Notes: generated by a model not told the origin, from the sequence alone. A stretch of DNA of 64,000 nt from Candidatus Iainarchaeum sp. (GCA_017609625.1 JAFCDN010000003.1:1387-65386), one strand, 5' to 3'; shown: positions 45,031 to 54,251, counted from the stretch's first letter. Numbers and translations: made by a program.

Positions 45031-45780
45031 ATGGCTGAAATAAAGAAATCAGGGGAAAAAATCTTTTTAGAGCTGAATGAAAAAGAAAAACAAATGCTTG
45101 GAGCAGGCAAAAGTTTTTTTGAGCTGAATAAAGTGAAAAATGTTTTTGTGCTGACAGAAAGTGAAGAAACAAAAGAACCGGAAAAAGAAACAAAAGTATT
45201 GGATGAAGAGTTCCAAAAAGAAGATGAAAAGATTTTTGAACTGCTTTCACAGAAAGGGAAAAATTTTCTGTCAATGAAAGTTGAAGGAGAATTTGAAAAA
45301 CAGCTTTCAGAAAAAGAGCTGAAAAGATTTAATCAACTTCTAAAAGAAGGGATTGTAGAAAAGTTTAAGTTAAATGAATCATACAAAAAAGCAATTTATC
45401 AAATAACAAAAAAAGGAAGAGAAAAAAAAGAGTTTAATTTTAATGCAGAAGCAAAAACAATTGAATCAAACGGCTTTGAAGTAATGGCAAATGAGAATCA
45501 GGCAAGAAATTTTTGTGCAGATTTTTCTGCAGAAATAAAAGAAGGACAAATTAGAGGAATAAAAGGATTTGACGGATATTTTTATGCAGTGCATTCAGAT
45601 GTTTTAGAAGAACTTAAACCAAAAATTTTGTCTCAGCTAAAAGAAAAAACTGTTTCAATAAAAGAATTAAGCGAAAAAACTTCTCTTCCAATGGATTTAA
45701 TTAAAGGAACAATTGAATTCTTAAAAGAAGACGGAGAAGTCTTGGAAAAAAGAAAAGGGATCTATCAGAGAATAGAATAA
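45031..45780 (+). CDS. K/E-rich hypothetical protein, possible C-terminal winged helix
   Basis: 249 aa. C-terminus VSIKELSEKTSLPMDLIKGTIEFLKEDGEVLEKRKG is wHTH-like. Confidence 0.45.
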   Translation: MAEIKKSGEKIFLELNEKEKQMLGAGKSFFELNKVKNVFVLTESEETKEPEKETKVLDEEFQKEDEKIFELLSQKGKNFLSMKVEGEFEKQLSEKELKRFNQLLKEGIVEKFKLNESYKKAIYQITKKGREKKEFNFNAEAKTIESNGFEVMANENQARNFCADFSAEIKEGQIRGIKGFDGYFYAVHSDVLEELKPKILSQLKEKTVSIKELSEKTSLPMDLIKGTIEFLKEDGEVLEKRKGIYQRIE

Positions 45781-46167
45781 TTATACTCTTTGCATTTCAT
45801 CTGTTTTTCCTTTTTTAAATTCTGTAGATACATATTTTCCGTCTTTGTCATATGTTATCCAAAAAGTCGTTCTTTTGTTTTCCCAGATATAAGTTACTTC
45901 AACTCCAGACCTAAGTTTTGTATTTTTGTTCCACATTCTTTTTGCTGTAACATTTGCTCCTCTTCGAAGGAACCTAGAATTAAAAGCCCTAATCTCAACA
46001 AAATTGTCTTCTTCAACATGAACTTCGCTCATCATATTTTCAGGCAACTTTTTTTTTATCGCCCCATGATGAATCGCAAAAACTGCCTTCCTCCTTTGGG
46101 AAACAGAAGTGATTTTAGGAGATGCTCCTTTAGGAAATAGCTTTTTAAGAGATAACATACGTGACAA
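45781..46167 (-). CDS. Basic hypothetical protein (paralog of 42056-42553)
   Basis: 128 aa. KKLFPKGASPK...SQRRKAV...TYDKDGKYVSTEFKKGK. Confidence 0.5.
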   Translation of the reverse strand: MSRMLSLKKLFPKGASPKITSVSQRRKAVFAIHHGAIKKKLPENMMSEVHVEEDNFVEIRAFNSRFLRRGANVTAKRMWNKNTKLRSGVEVTYIWENKRTTFWITYDKDGKYVSTEFKKGKTDEMQRV

Positions 46168-46274
46168 GAAAAATCCCTAATAAAAATAAAAACAGCCAGA
46201 CTTAATAAATCTTCTTCTACATAACCAGAAATGTCTTGCGGAAGATATTTAAGCTCTGAAAACGCAATCTAATT

Positions 46275-46847
46275 ATGAAAGTATTAATTCCATTGCTTTC
46301 AAAGCAAGAGTCAAATGAAGAGTTTATTGAAAAAGCTGTAAGAAAAGCAGATGAAGTTTTTTTATTGATGGTAATAGAAAAACAGGATAGCGGATCATTA
46401 AAAGCAGCAGATATTTCAAGCTCAACTCATTTCCTTGAAGAAGTAAAAAAAATTATTGGAAAAAAAAGAAAAAAATGCGAGGAATTCACTGAATGGGGGG
46501 AAACCAGCACAAAAATAAGAAACACTGCAATAATAAACAAAGTGGACAAAATTGCTTTGCTTAAACAGGAAAACCAGTATTTTGAGGATTTAGTGAAAAA
46601 ATTAAGGGAAGAAAAAGAGTTAAGCAATAAAATTGAAATCATTAAAGTTGAGCTTGAAAAAATAGATGAGACTAAACCCGAAGAAAAACAACCTTTTTTA
46701 GAAAAAAAGGTTGAACAAAAAACAGAAGAAAAAAAAGAAAAAATCAGTGAAAAAGAAGAAATAAAAAAAATTAAATCTATTGCAAACCAAATAATAAAAA
46801 CGGGGTTTAAAGGAATTGATTCAATAAAAAAATTCAAGCTGAAATAA
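46275..46847 (+). CDS. Hypothetical protein: USP-like N-terminal region plus K/E-rich tail
   Basis: MKVLIPLLSKQES...VFLLMVIEK is a weak USP/adenine-nucleotide-alpha-hydrolase flavour. The tail carries the 46-nt repeat. Confidence 0.45.
   Translation: MKVLIPLLSKQESNEEFIEKAVRKADEVFLLMVIEKQDSGSLKAADISSSTHFLEEVKKIIGKKRKKCEEFTEWGETSTKIRNTAIINKVDKIALLKQENQYFEDLVKKLREEKELSNKIEIIKVELEKIDETKPEEKQPFLEKKVEQKTEEKKEKISEKEEIKKIKSIANQIIKTGFKGIDSIKKFKLK
46680..46725 (+). repeat. AT-palindrome/linker unit embedded in frame in a CDS (encodes EEKQPFLEKKVEQKT)
   Basis: gaagaaaaaCAACCTTTTTTagAAAAAAAGGTTGaacaaaaaacag. Identical to the reverse complement of 41387-41432. Confidence 0.85.
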
Positions 46848-48059
46848 TCACTTAAAGAATTTCCACTGCTTTCTGGTTTTCTTGGCTTTCTCCAGCTTTT
46901 TCTGGAAATTTTGCTGGAATTTAATAATTAAATTAGACGCATTTTCTTTGTCTTCTTTGCATAAAAGCTTTCCTTTTTTGCAGTCATCAAAAACCTTTTG
47001 CAGGGTTTTTTCGTCTTCAATTAAATGCTGTTTATACATTTCAAAAACCATGCACTTTTCCGGCTGGCCGCCGAGCTTTTTTTGTTCTTCAATTGTATTC
47101 CTTCCGCCGGTTAAAGCGCGAAGCATTTTCTTGCCTGAATCTTTCGGGGATTCAGGAATTGAAACAAAAGAGTTTGGACTAGATTTAGACATTTTATTGC
47201 TCCCGTCCAAAGCAGGAACAAATTTATGGTAGGTTGCAGAAGGCAGGAAAAAATTGAATTCTCTTTTAGTTCTTCTGACAATGTCCCTGCTTAAACGAAT
47301 GTGCGGGCTTTGGTCTACTCCGACTGGAATCACTCCAGGCATTCTTTCAATTGTTTGCGGGAACAAAATGTCTCCTGCCTGGGCTAAAGCAGAAAGGATT
47401 CTTGAAGGATGAATTTCGCCGTAAATTGACTTGAATTCATTCATTGTAATTTTTTGCGAAAATAAATACGCTAGATTTTTTACTTCAGAGTTTTCTGACT
47501 GAAAATAAAAAGTAGTTTTTTTTGGGTTCAAGCCTAAAGCAATGTAAGCTGGAATATAAAAATTCAATGCCCTTTCACGGGCTTCCTTTAAAGAGATTCC
47601 TCTGGTTGCAGCAGACTCTAAATCTGCAACCAAAATAAAAGTTTTTGCTTTTTGTTTTTGAAAGTATTTAACCATTTCAATTACAGTCTTTGTGCCAAAA
47701 TGAATTCTTTCAGAAGAAGGCATCATCCCAGTTAAACAATAAAACGGTTTTTTTTCCTGCATTGCTTTTGCAAGTTCTTTTAATCCCTGGCCTGCAAAAA
47801 CAATTCCTCTTTTCATTAAATAATTTGGTTCAGGAAAATCATGAAAAGAATCTTCCATTGGTTCTAAACCAAAATCTTTTATTAACCTTGAATAATCTTT
47901 TACTAAATGGCTTCCCCAAGGGTCAATTTTTTCCATAGTAAAAGAGTATAGTAAAATAATATAATAATCTTTTCTTTCAAAGAATATTAAGGAAAGTGGT
48001 ATAATGATAGAAAATTTGCTGTTAACAGACAAGATTTTAGTGAAAAAAAACAAAGACAA
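46848..48059 (-). CDS. trpS: Tryptophanyl-tRNA synthetase (archaeal/eukaryal type)
   Basis: MEKIDPWGS...DYSRLIKDFG, KMSKSSPNS, TGGRNTIEEQKKLGGQPEKCMVFEMY. The real start is most likely 47936, which removes the overlap with endA. Confidence 0.85.
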   Translation of the reverse strand: MSLFFFTKILSVNSKFSIIIPLSLIFFERKDYYIILLYSFTMEKIDPWGSHLVKDYSRLIKDFGLEPMEDSFHDFPEPNYLMKRGIVFAGQGLKELAKAMQEKKPFYCLTGMMPSSERIHFGTKTVIEMVKYFQKQKAKTFILVADLESAATRGISLKEARERALNFYIPAYIALGLNPKKTTFYFQSENSEVKNLAYLFSQKITMNEFKSIYGEIHPSRILSALAQAGDILFPQTIERMPGVIPVGVDQSPHIRLSRDIVRRTKREFNFFLPSATYHKFVPALDGSNKMSKSSPNSFVSIPESPKDSGKKMLRALTGGRNTIEEQKKLGGQPEKCMVFEMYKQHLIEDEKTLQKVFDDCKKGKLLCKEDKENASNLIIKFQQNFQKKLEKAKKTRKQWKFFK

Positions 48060-48519
48060 AAGCTCTTTTATTCAGAAATCTTTTGGAGAAAAAAACAAAC
48101 TGGATTATGTTTTGGATTTGATTGAAGGATATTATTTAATTGAAAAAGGAAAATTAGAGATAGTGGATAGAAAAGGAGCAGAAATTGATTCAGAAAAGCT
48201 TTTGAGAATTGGAGAAAAAAAAATAAAAGATTTTTACAAAAAGTTTTTAGTGTATGCTGACCTGAGAGAAAGAGGTTATGTGGTTAAAACAGGATTTAAG
48301 TTTGGATTTGATTTAAGGGTTTATCCAAAAGGAAAAAAACCAGGGCAGGCGCATACTCAATGGGTTATAGCAGTTAAAGGACAAAATGACAGAATCAATT
48401 TTATCGAGCTTAGCAGAAAAGTCAGGCTAAGCGGGAACATTAAAACAAAATTAATGTTTGCAGTGGTTGATTCAGAAAATGACATAAATTATTATGAAAC
48501 CGTGAGGGTGACTCCATAA
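48004..48519 (+). CDS. endA: tRNA-splicing endonuclease (short, homotetramer-type)
   Basis: VYADLRERGYVVKTGFKFGFDLRVYPKG...HTQWVIAV...VRLSGNIKTKLMFAVVD. Confidence 0.85.
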   Translation: MIENLLLTDKILVKKNKDKSSFIQKSFGEKNKLDYVLDLIEGYYLIEKGKLEIVDRKGAEIDSEKLLRIGEKKIKDFYKKFLVYADLRERGYVVKTGFKFGFDLRVYPKGKKPGQAHTQWVIAVKGQNDRINFIELSRKVRLSGNIKTKLMFAVVDSENDINYYETVRVTP

Positions 48520-48566
48520 ACCTTTTAAGAAAAGGTTTAACAAAACGTGTGGGATAAACCCACACG
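48519..48566. repeat. AT-palindrome/linker unit followed by a GC hairpin
   Basis: AACCTTTTaagAAAAGGTT-taacaaaac-GTGTGGGataaaCCCACAC. Directly after the endA stop. Confidence 0.65.
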
Positions 48567-48580
48567 GCAAAAGTGATTAA

Positions 48581-48703
48581 ATGGAAAAACCAAAAAAAGA
48601 AAAAATTCCATTCAAAAAAAAGAAGAAAAAGAAAATAAAAATCCCCTATGAAGATTTAACTTCTCTGCCGACAGCAGAAGAATACGGGGATGAACTGCAC
48701 TGA
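48581..48703 (+). CDS. Possible 40-aa poly-lysine small protein
   Basis: Own translation MEKPKKEKIPFKKKKKKKIKIPYEDLTSLPTAEEYGDELH. There is no support beyond the ORF itself. Confidence 0.2.
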   Translation: MEKPKKEKIPFKKKKKKKIKIPYEDLTSLPTAEEYGDELH

Positions 48704-48853
48704 CTAAAAAGCTTCCTGCTCGTTAACTGCAATCATCATTTCCAAAGCAAATTCTTTAACCTGTTTTCTGAAAAAATCTGAATTCATTTAAACGCCTTTT
48801 AGAAAAAGAAACTGGATTGCTTTAAAGCTTTTGGAAGCAGGGTGCCGGTGAAA

Positions 48854-49899
48854 TTAAATTACTTTAATTTCTTTTTCTAGCTCGCCGTTTGCATCGTTTT
48901 TTTCTGCTGGAGCCTGACAGTGCATGTTAACTTTAATAGTGTAATTTCCTGGTTCAGTTAACTCCAGCCAGCCTGTTCCAGTTTCAAAAGTCGTTCCTGC
49001 TTCAAAGCCTCCAAAAGAAGGACCGCCTTGAAAACATTCATGAGCAATAAAAACAGCTAAACCGCCTAAATATTCTTCTCCTTTAGATAATTCAACTACA
49101 TAAAGCATTTCACAGCACTTGAATTCTCCAATATTTTTTTGTTATTACAGGAAAAGTATGGGTTTCAGTTTCAATCTGTTCAGGAGAATTAATTGACTCT
49201 ACTGTTAGATCTGCAGTTTTCATTGCAGCAAAACAATATTTTTTTGGATCAACTGGATCTAAATCACCTGTGTTTCCGGAAGGAATATCACTTGGAGGGA
49301 CGCTTCCTGCAGGAGGTTTTGAAGTATTTGCTAATCCTAAATATTCTGTTGTAGTTAAACAAGAGGCTGTATTGGATATTGTTTCTTCAGGAAAAATTAA
49401 TGGTTCTCCTTCTTGGTTTGTTTGGGTTAAAGAAGGATTTAAAGAACCTAAAACAAATCTTTGTCCCCATTCATATCTTGGGTCGCCTGCTTCAATCGGA
49501 ATTTGAACATCGGCTAATTTAAGGGAAGTTTTTTCAGTTTTTTTTGAAGATAAATTTTCTGGCTCGCACCAGGCATAATTTCCTGGAGCTTCAGTGTCTA
49601 TTTTGCATTTGATTAGAAATTTTTTAAAGTAATTTGAAACTAATGCACAGTCACTGTCTGATGTGCATTCCTGCACTTCAAGTGTTTCAGGAATTGCAAC
49701 ACTTTTAGCAGTACTGTAATCTGATTTTTTTTCTTCAAGATGTTTTGTTAAATCTTTTTCTGATTTAAAATAAACACTTGCCTGGTTTTTTTCTTTAGGA
49801 AAATTAATGAAATCTTTTTCAGCCGGGGGCTGAGTGCAGGCGCTGAAAAAAACTGAAAGAATTAATAGAGAAACAAATGCAAAGTTTTTTTTTGTTCAT
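48854..49899 (-). pseudogene. Secreted lipobox protein gene broken by two single-base homopolymer frameshifts (track ORFs 49110-49676 and 48854-49108)
   Basis: ATG at 49899 is followed by A9 (49885-49893). A8 would give MNKKNFAFVSLLILSVFFSAC, continuous with the 188-aa ORF. At the A7 run (49134-49140), A6 would fuse ...FPVITKNIGEFKCCEMLYVVELSKG... Confidence 0.6.
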
Positions 49900-50047
49900 A
49901 ATAGCATTCATGCGCTTTGTTGAATAAAAGGTTTTTGATTTTGTTAGGAATGCTGTGAGAGAGAAATTGCTATTGCTTTAAAAACTTTTTTTGAAAACTA
50001 TTAATGAACTAAAGCACTATATTAAAGCTCTATAGGGGGAGAAAAAA

Positions 50048-52066
50048 ATGGAATTGGTTTTTTATGCAGTAATTGCAGGATTAATTGCACTATTATATAC
50101 TGTGATTTTGAACAGGAAAATTAATTCCAGTAATCCAGGAAACGCAAAAATGAAAGAAATAAGCCTTGCAATAAGAGAAGGTTCAATGGCGTTTCTGAAA
50201 AGAGAATACAAAATGCTTGCAGTCTTTATTGTCGCAGTGTTTATTGTTTTAACAGTGTTAAGCCAGTTTTATCCTCAAGCAATGAGCATATTTGTCGGGG
50301 TTTCATTTATTGTTGGTGCATTATGTTCTGCTATAGCAGGCTGGCTTGGAATGAATACAGCAACAAAATCAAATGTCAGAACAACACAGGCAGCAACAAA
50401 ATCCATGAGCGAGGCATTAAAAATTGCTTTTTCTTCTGGAGCAGTAATGGGATTAAGCGTTGTAGGATTAGGGATTCTTGGAATCAGTGTTTTGTATTAT
50501 GTTTATTCTTCTATAATGCATTTCAATGACCCGACAGTATTATTGTTTGGATTTAGTTTTGGCGCTTCAAGCATTGCATTGTTTGCAAGAGTCGGAGGAG
50601 GAATTTACACTAAAGCAGCAGATGTCGGAGCAGATTTAGTTGGAAAAATAGAAGCAGGAATTCCAGAAGACGATCCAAGAAACCCGGCAGTAATAGCAGA
50701 CAATGTAGGAGACAATGTAGGAGACGTTGCAGGAATGGGAGCAGACTTGTTTGAAAGCTATGTTGGAAGCATTATTGCTTCAATGGCTTTAGGTTTGATT
50801 GCATTTAATGTAATTGGAATGGAATTCCCTTTGGTTTTAGCTTCACTTGGAATCATAGCTTCAATTTTGGGTGTTGTATATGTTAATGTAATGAGCACAG
50901 GAAAAGGCGTGCATTCTGCTTTGAGAAACGGAACACTTGTTGCAGCAGGAATAATGACTGTTTTGACTTTTGTTTTAATAGAATATGTTCCAATGTTTGC
51001 AGGCATTCCAATTACAGTATTTTATTCAATGGTAATAGGATTAGCAGCAGGATTATTAATTGGATTTTTAACTGAATATTACACTGCACATGAACACAAG
51101 CCAACCAGAAGAGTAAGCGAAGCATCAAACACCGGAGCAGGAACAAATGTAATTGCAGGCTTAGCGCTTGGATATAAGTCTACTGCTCTTCCGGTTTTGG
51201 TTTTGGCTGCAGCAATGTATTTTGCTTATTATTTTGGAGGATTATATGGAATTGGAATTGCAGCTGTTGGAATGCTTTCAACTCTAGGAATAACTTTGGC
51301 TGTAGATGCTTATGGACCAGTAGCAGACAATGCAGGCGGAATAGCAGAAATGGCTGGATTAGGAAAAGAAGTAAGAGATATAACTGATTCTTTGGATGCA
51401 GCAGGAAACACTACTGCGGCAATAGGAAAAGGTTTTGCAATTGGTTCAGCTGCATTAACTGCTTTAGCTTTTTTTGCAACTTTTGGACAAACCACTGGAT
51501 TAGAAGTATTGAATATTTTTGAAATAAAAGTAATGGTTGGATTGATGATTGGAGCAATGCTTCCGTTTTTATTTAGTTCTTTTGCAATGACTGCAGTAGG
51601 AGAAGCAGCACAGGCAATGGTAGAAGAAGTCAGAAGGCAGTTTAAGGAAATCAAAGGATTAATGCAGGGAAAAGCTAAGCCGGATTATAAGACTTGTGTG
51701 GAAATTTCAACTTCAGCTGCAATGAAAAAAATGATTGTGCCGGGATTGCTTGCAGTTTTGGCTCCAATTGTAGTTGGATTAATTTTAGGGGTAGAAGGTT
51801 TAGGCGGAATGCTTGCAGGGGCATTAGTTTCTGGAGTAATGATGGCAATAATGATGGCAAATGCCGGCGGAGCATGGGATAATGCAAAAAAATATATTGA
51901 ATTAGGAAACTTTGGAGGAAAAGGCTCTTCAGCTCATAAAGCAGCAGTAACAGGAGATACAGTCGGAGATCCGTTTAAGGATACCTCTGGACCTTCTTTG
52001 AATATTCTGATAAAATTAATGAGCATTGTAGCATTAATTTTTGCTTCGATTTTGGTAGTGCTTTAA
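50048..52066 (+). CDS. hppA: Membrane-bound proton/sodium-translocating pyrophosphatase
   Basis: 672 aa. [49 protein letters not shown]. Confidence 0.95.
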   Translation: MELVFYAVIAGLIALLYTVILNRKINSSNPGNAKMKEISLAIREGSMAFLKREYKMLAVFIVAVFIVLTVLSQFYPQAMSIFVGVSFIVGALCSAIAGWLGMNTATKSNVRTTQAATKSMSEALKIAFSSGAVMGLSVVGLGILGISVLYYVYSSIMHFNDPTVLLFGFSFGASSIALFARVGGGIYTKAADVGADLVGKIEAGIPEDDPRNPAVIADNVGDNVGDVAGMGADLFESYVGSIIASMALGLIAFNVIGMEFPLVLASLGIIASILGVVYVNVMSTGKGVHSALRNGTLVAAGIMTVLTFVLIEYVPMFAGIPITVFYSMVIGLAAGLLIGFLTEYYTAHEHKPTRRVSEASNTGAGTNVIAGLALGYKSTALPVLVLAAAMYFAYYFGGLYGIGIAAVGMLSTLGITLAVDAYGPVADNAGGIAEMAGLGKEVRDITDSLDAAGNTTAAIGKGFAIGSAALTALAFFATFGQTTGLEVLNIFEIKVMVGLMIGAMLPFLFSSFAMTAVGEAAQAMVEEVRRQFKEIKGLMQGKAKPDYKTCVEISTSAAMKKMIVPGLLAVLAPIVVGLILGVEGLGGMLAGALVSGVMMAIMMANAGGAWDNAKKYIELGNFGGKGSSAHKAAVTGDTVGDPFKDTSGPSLNILIKLMSIVALIFASILVVL

Positions 52067-52101
52067 AAACACCTTTTTAGAAAAAAGGTGTAACAAAAAC
52101 C
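52066..52101. repeat. AT-palindrome/CAAAAAC-linker unit between convergent genes (candidate bidirectional terminator)
   Basis: aaaaaCACCTTTTTagAAAAAAAGGTGtaacaaaaac. It gives T-tracts on both strands. Confidence 0.65.
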
Positions 52102-52110
52102 GTCAAAGCA

Positions 52111-52875
52111 CTACTTTTTTCTAGCAGCATTCAACTCTTGTTGATGAGTTATAACTTGCACATGTTGTTTAATATACAATCTTGTGGCGCTGTCAGTTTC
52201 TTTTTCTGCAGCTGCATTCAAAATTCTAAGAATTTTTTCAACTGTTGGTCTTTTTGTTCTTTTTCGATTTGCCACCTGCCAGAAAAAATCTGAAGCCTGT
52301 CTTCTAAGCCCAGGCTTAGGGTCCTGAATCATCATCTGTTCAATAAAAATAAAAGAATCAGCATTTCCAAAACCATTAATTAAATTATTTGCCGCAGCAA
52401 TTCTCTGCTTAGGATTTGATTTTTTATAATCGAACAATATTTCTTTTTGTTTTTTTAATCCTCTCTTTTTAACAGGTTTTCTTCTGTCAGCTTTAATTTT
52501 ATAAGTTGGAACTAAACCCTTACCAAACATTACTTCAACTCCTTTGCCTGAAAAAAGAGTAACATGCTTTTTTTTAGGGCTTCTTACCGTTCCTTTCCGT
52601 TTATGGATTTTCTTTCCAGCTTCAGAATCAGCAAAGTCAACAAATTCTCCTTTCTTTACTCTTAATCCGTCTTCTCCTGGAATGCTTTCAGCAACAATTT
52701 TTTTTCCTGAAATCTCTGCTGCAAGAAAAGGCTTTTGTCTTTTGTCAGGCTTAAACCTTCTTTCATAAAGGCCTGCTTTTGCCCCTATTTTGGTTCCTCT
52801 TAAACGGTTTAATGTTCCAAAACCTCGTACACTACTTAATCTATCAATACGTTTTCTTTTCTTTGGAACCGGCAT
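52111..52875 (-). CDS. Basic hypothetical protein, possible HEAT-like C-terminus
   Basis: MPVPKKRKRIDR...RRKPVKKRGLKKQK. The C-terminal helical repeat flavour (NPKQRIAAANNL...GLRRQASDFF) is weak. Confidence 0.5.
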   Translation of the reverse strand: MPVPKKRKRIDRLSSVRGFGTLNRLRGTKIGAKAGLYERRFKPDKRQKPFLAAEISGKKIVAESIPGEDGLRVKKGEFVDFADSEAGKKIHKRKGTVRSPKKKHVTLFSGKGVEVMFGKGLVPTYKIKADRRKPVKKRGLKKQKEILFDYKKSNPKQRIAAANNLINGFGNADSFIFIEQMMIQDPKPGLRRQASDFFWQVANRKRTKRPTVEKILRILNAAAEKETDSATRLYIKQHVQVITHQQELNAARKK

Positions 52876-52954
52876 TAAATCACAATAAATAAATAGAAAT
52901 AGAACTTAATAAATGTTTCTGAAAAAAATAGAAAAAAAGTGAAGAAAAAATTCT

Positions 52955-53131
52955 TCACAAATCATATGGTTTTAATGTTTTTCTTCCGTTATCAGAACAT
53001 CTTCTTATTGCGCTGTCAATGTCTGACTGAACTCTAACGCTTAAAGCATCATAAGTGTCAGAACCCATCTGCATGTTCTTGCTTTTAACATAGTCTCCGA
53101 TTTTGCTTCTTACAATCATTAAATCTGCCAT
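52955..53131 (-). CDS. DUF1931-like histone-fold small protein (58 aa, below the ORF-track cutoff)
   Basis: Own translation MADLMIVRSKIGDYVKSKNMQMGSDTYDALSVRVQSDIDSAIRRCSDNGRKTLKPYDL. The pattern (LIV.SK...vs.da..aL...v...i..A...a..nGRKT....Dl) recalls DUF1931. Confidence 0.5.
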   Translation of the reverse strand: MADLMIVRSKIGDYVKSKNMQMGSDTYDALSVRVQSDIDSAIRRCSDNGRKTLKPYDL

Positions 53132-53297
53132 AAAAAATTACCCCCTAAAAATCAAATAAAAAGCCTTATTCAGTGCTTTTCTAAATTAAGTAAAATAAAA
53201 ACTTATTTAAAGCAAATAGTCGAAAAAGGGCTAAAAACGCTGAAAAACAGCGGAAAACCTTATTTTTGGGGCAGAAAAATAATTGGTTATGTAGAAG

Positions 53298-54224
53298 CTA
53301 TTCATGGGCTTTTCCTATGATTTCACCCAGCTTTTTTACATTATTCTGAACCATCCATTCCCTGATTTCTTCTGCTATATTGCCAAAGCAAGTCTTTCCT
53401 CTGCTGTATAAAACAGTGCCTAATCCTACTGCGCTTGCTCCTGCAAGCATTAATTCAACTGCATCTTCTCCGTTTGAAACCCCACCTAAACCAATAATTG
53501 GAATTTCAACTGCTTCATAAACATCATATATACAGCGCACGGCAATTGGCTTAATTGCTGCTCCAGTATAACCCCCCTTTTTGAATGATAAAACAGGTTT
53601 TTTTGTTTTTAAGTTGATTTTCATTCCAGGCCCAACAGAATTTATTGCTGTAATCCCATCTGCTCCTGCTTCTTCGCATGCTTTAGCTATTTTTCCTATT
53701 TCATTTGCCTGCGGAGTGAGTTTTGGCAGAACAGGAATTTTTCCTGCAACTGCTTTGACTTTTTCTGTGATTTTTCCTGCAATCTTTGGATCACAGCCAA
53801 AAGGCATTCCAAATTTTTCTACATTTGGACAGCTGATATTTAATTCAATATAATCTGGTTTTTTTCCTGCAACAAATTCTGCAACCTCTGCGAATTCATT
53901 TACATTGGTTCCATAAACACTTGCAATCAAAGGAAAATTTCTTTTCTGCATTTTTTTCCAGAACTCTTCCATGTTTTTGTATCCAGGAGAAGGCAAGCCA
54001 ACTGCGTTCAAAGTTCCGTGATCGCATTTTACAATAAATGGATTAGGATGACCTTGTTTTTCTTTTGGCCCAATGCTTTTCAAAGTTATTGCTCCGGCTC
54101 CAGAATCAAAAACTTCTTTCATGTCCTCAAATTTTTCTCCAAAAAATCCAGAAGGCAGAACAGTCGGGTTACGGAAATCAAAGACTTTGTTTTTTACTCT
54201 TAAATCAGGTTTCATCAATAACAA
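53298..54224 (-). CDS. pyrD: Dihydroorotate dehydrogenase, class 1 catalytic subunit
   Basis: NAVGLPSPGY, IELNISCPNV, GGYTGAAIKPIA, IIGLGGV. Probable start at 54215. Confidence 0.9.
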   Translation of the reverse strand: MLLMKPDLRVKNKVFDFRNPTVLPSGFFGEKFEDMKEVFDSGAGAITLKSIGPKEKQGHPNPFIVKCDHGTLNAVGLPSPGYKNMEEFWKKMQKRNFPLIASVYGTNVNEFAEVAEFVAGKKPDYIELNISCPNVEKFGMPFGCDPKIAGKITEKVKAVAGKIPVLPKLTPQANEIGKIAKACEEAGADGITAINSVGPGMKINLKTKKPVLSFKKGGYTGAAIKPIAVRCIYDVYEAVEIPIIGLGGVSNGEDAVELMLAGASAVGLGTVLYSRGKTCFGNIAEEIREWMVQNNVKKLGEIIGKAHE

Positions 54225-54251
54225 GAAAGCACAATAAGCTTTTTATTTTAA

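Noticed and set aside
47937-48059. 41-codon N-terminal extension of TrpRS overlapping the endA start.
   Set aside because: The TrpRS homology begins at MEKIDPW (start 47936). The extension is hydrophobic junk, and dropping it leaves a normal 67-bp divergent promoter.
48733-48739. Second C/D-box sRNA on the minus strand, suggested by ATGATGA at 48739-48733.
   Set aside because: There is no CTGA D or D' box at the required 12-nt spacing, and no terminal stem.
52840-52875. PKKRKR at the N-terminus of 52111-52875 as a eukaryote-type nuclear localisation signal.
   Set aside because: The contig is archaeal and several unrelated ORFs here are polybasic. An NLS reading would be over-interpretation, so it is recorded only as part of the basic-protein observation.
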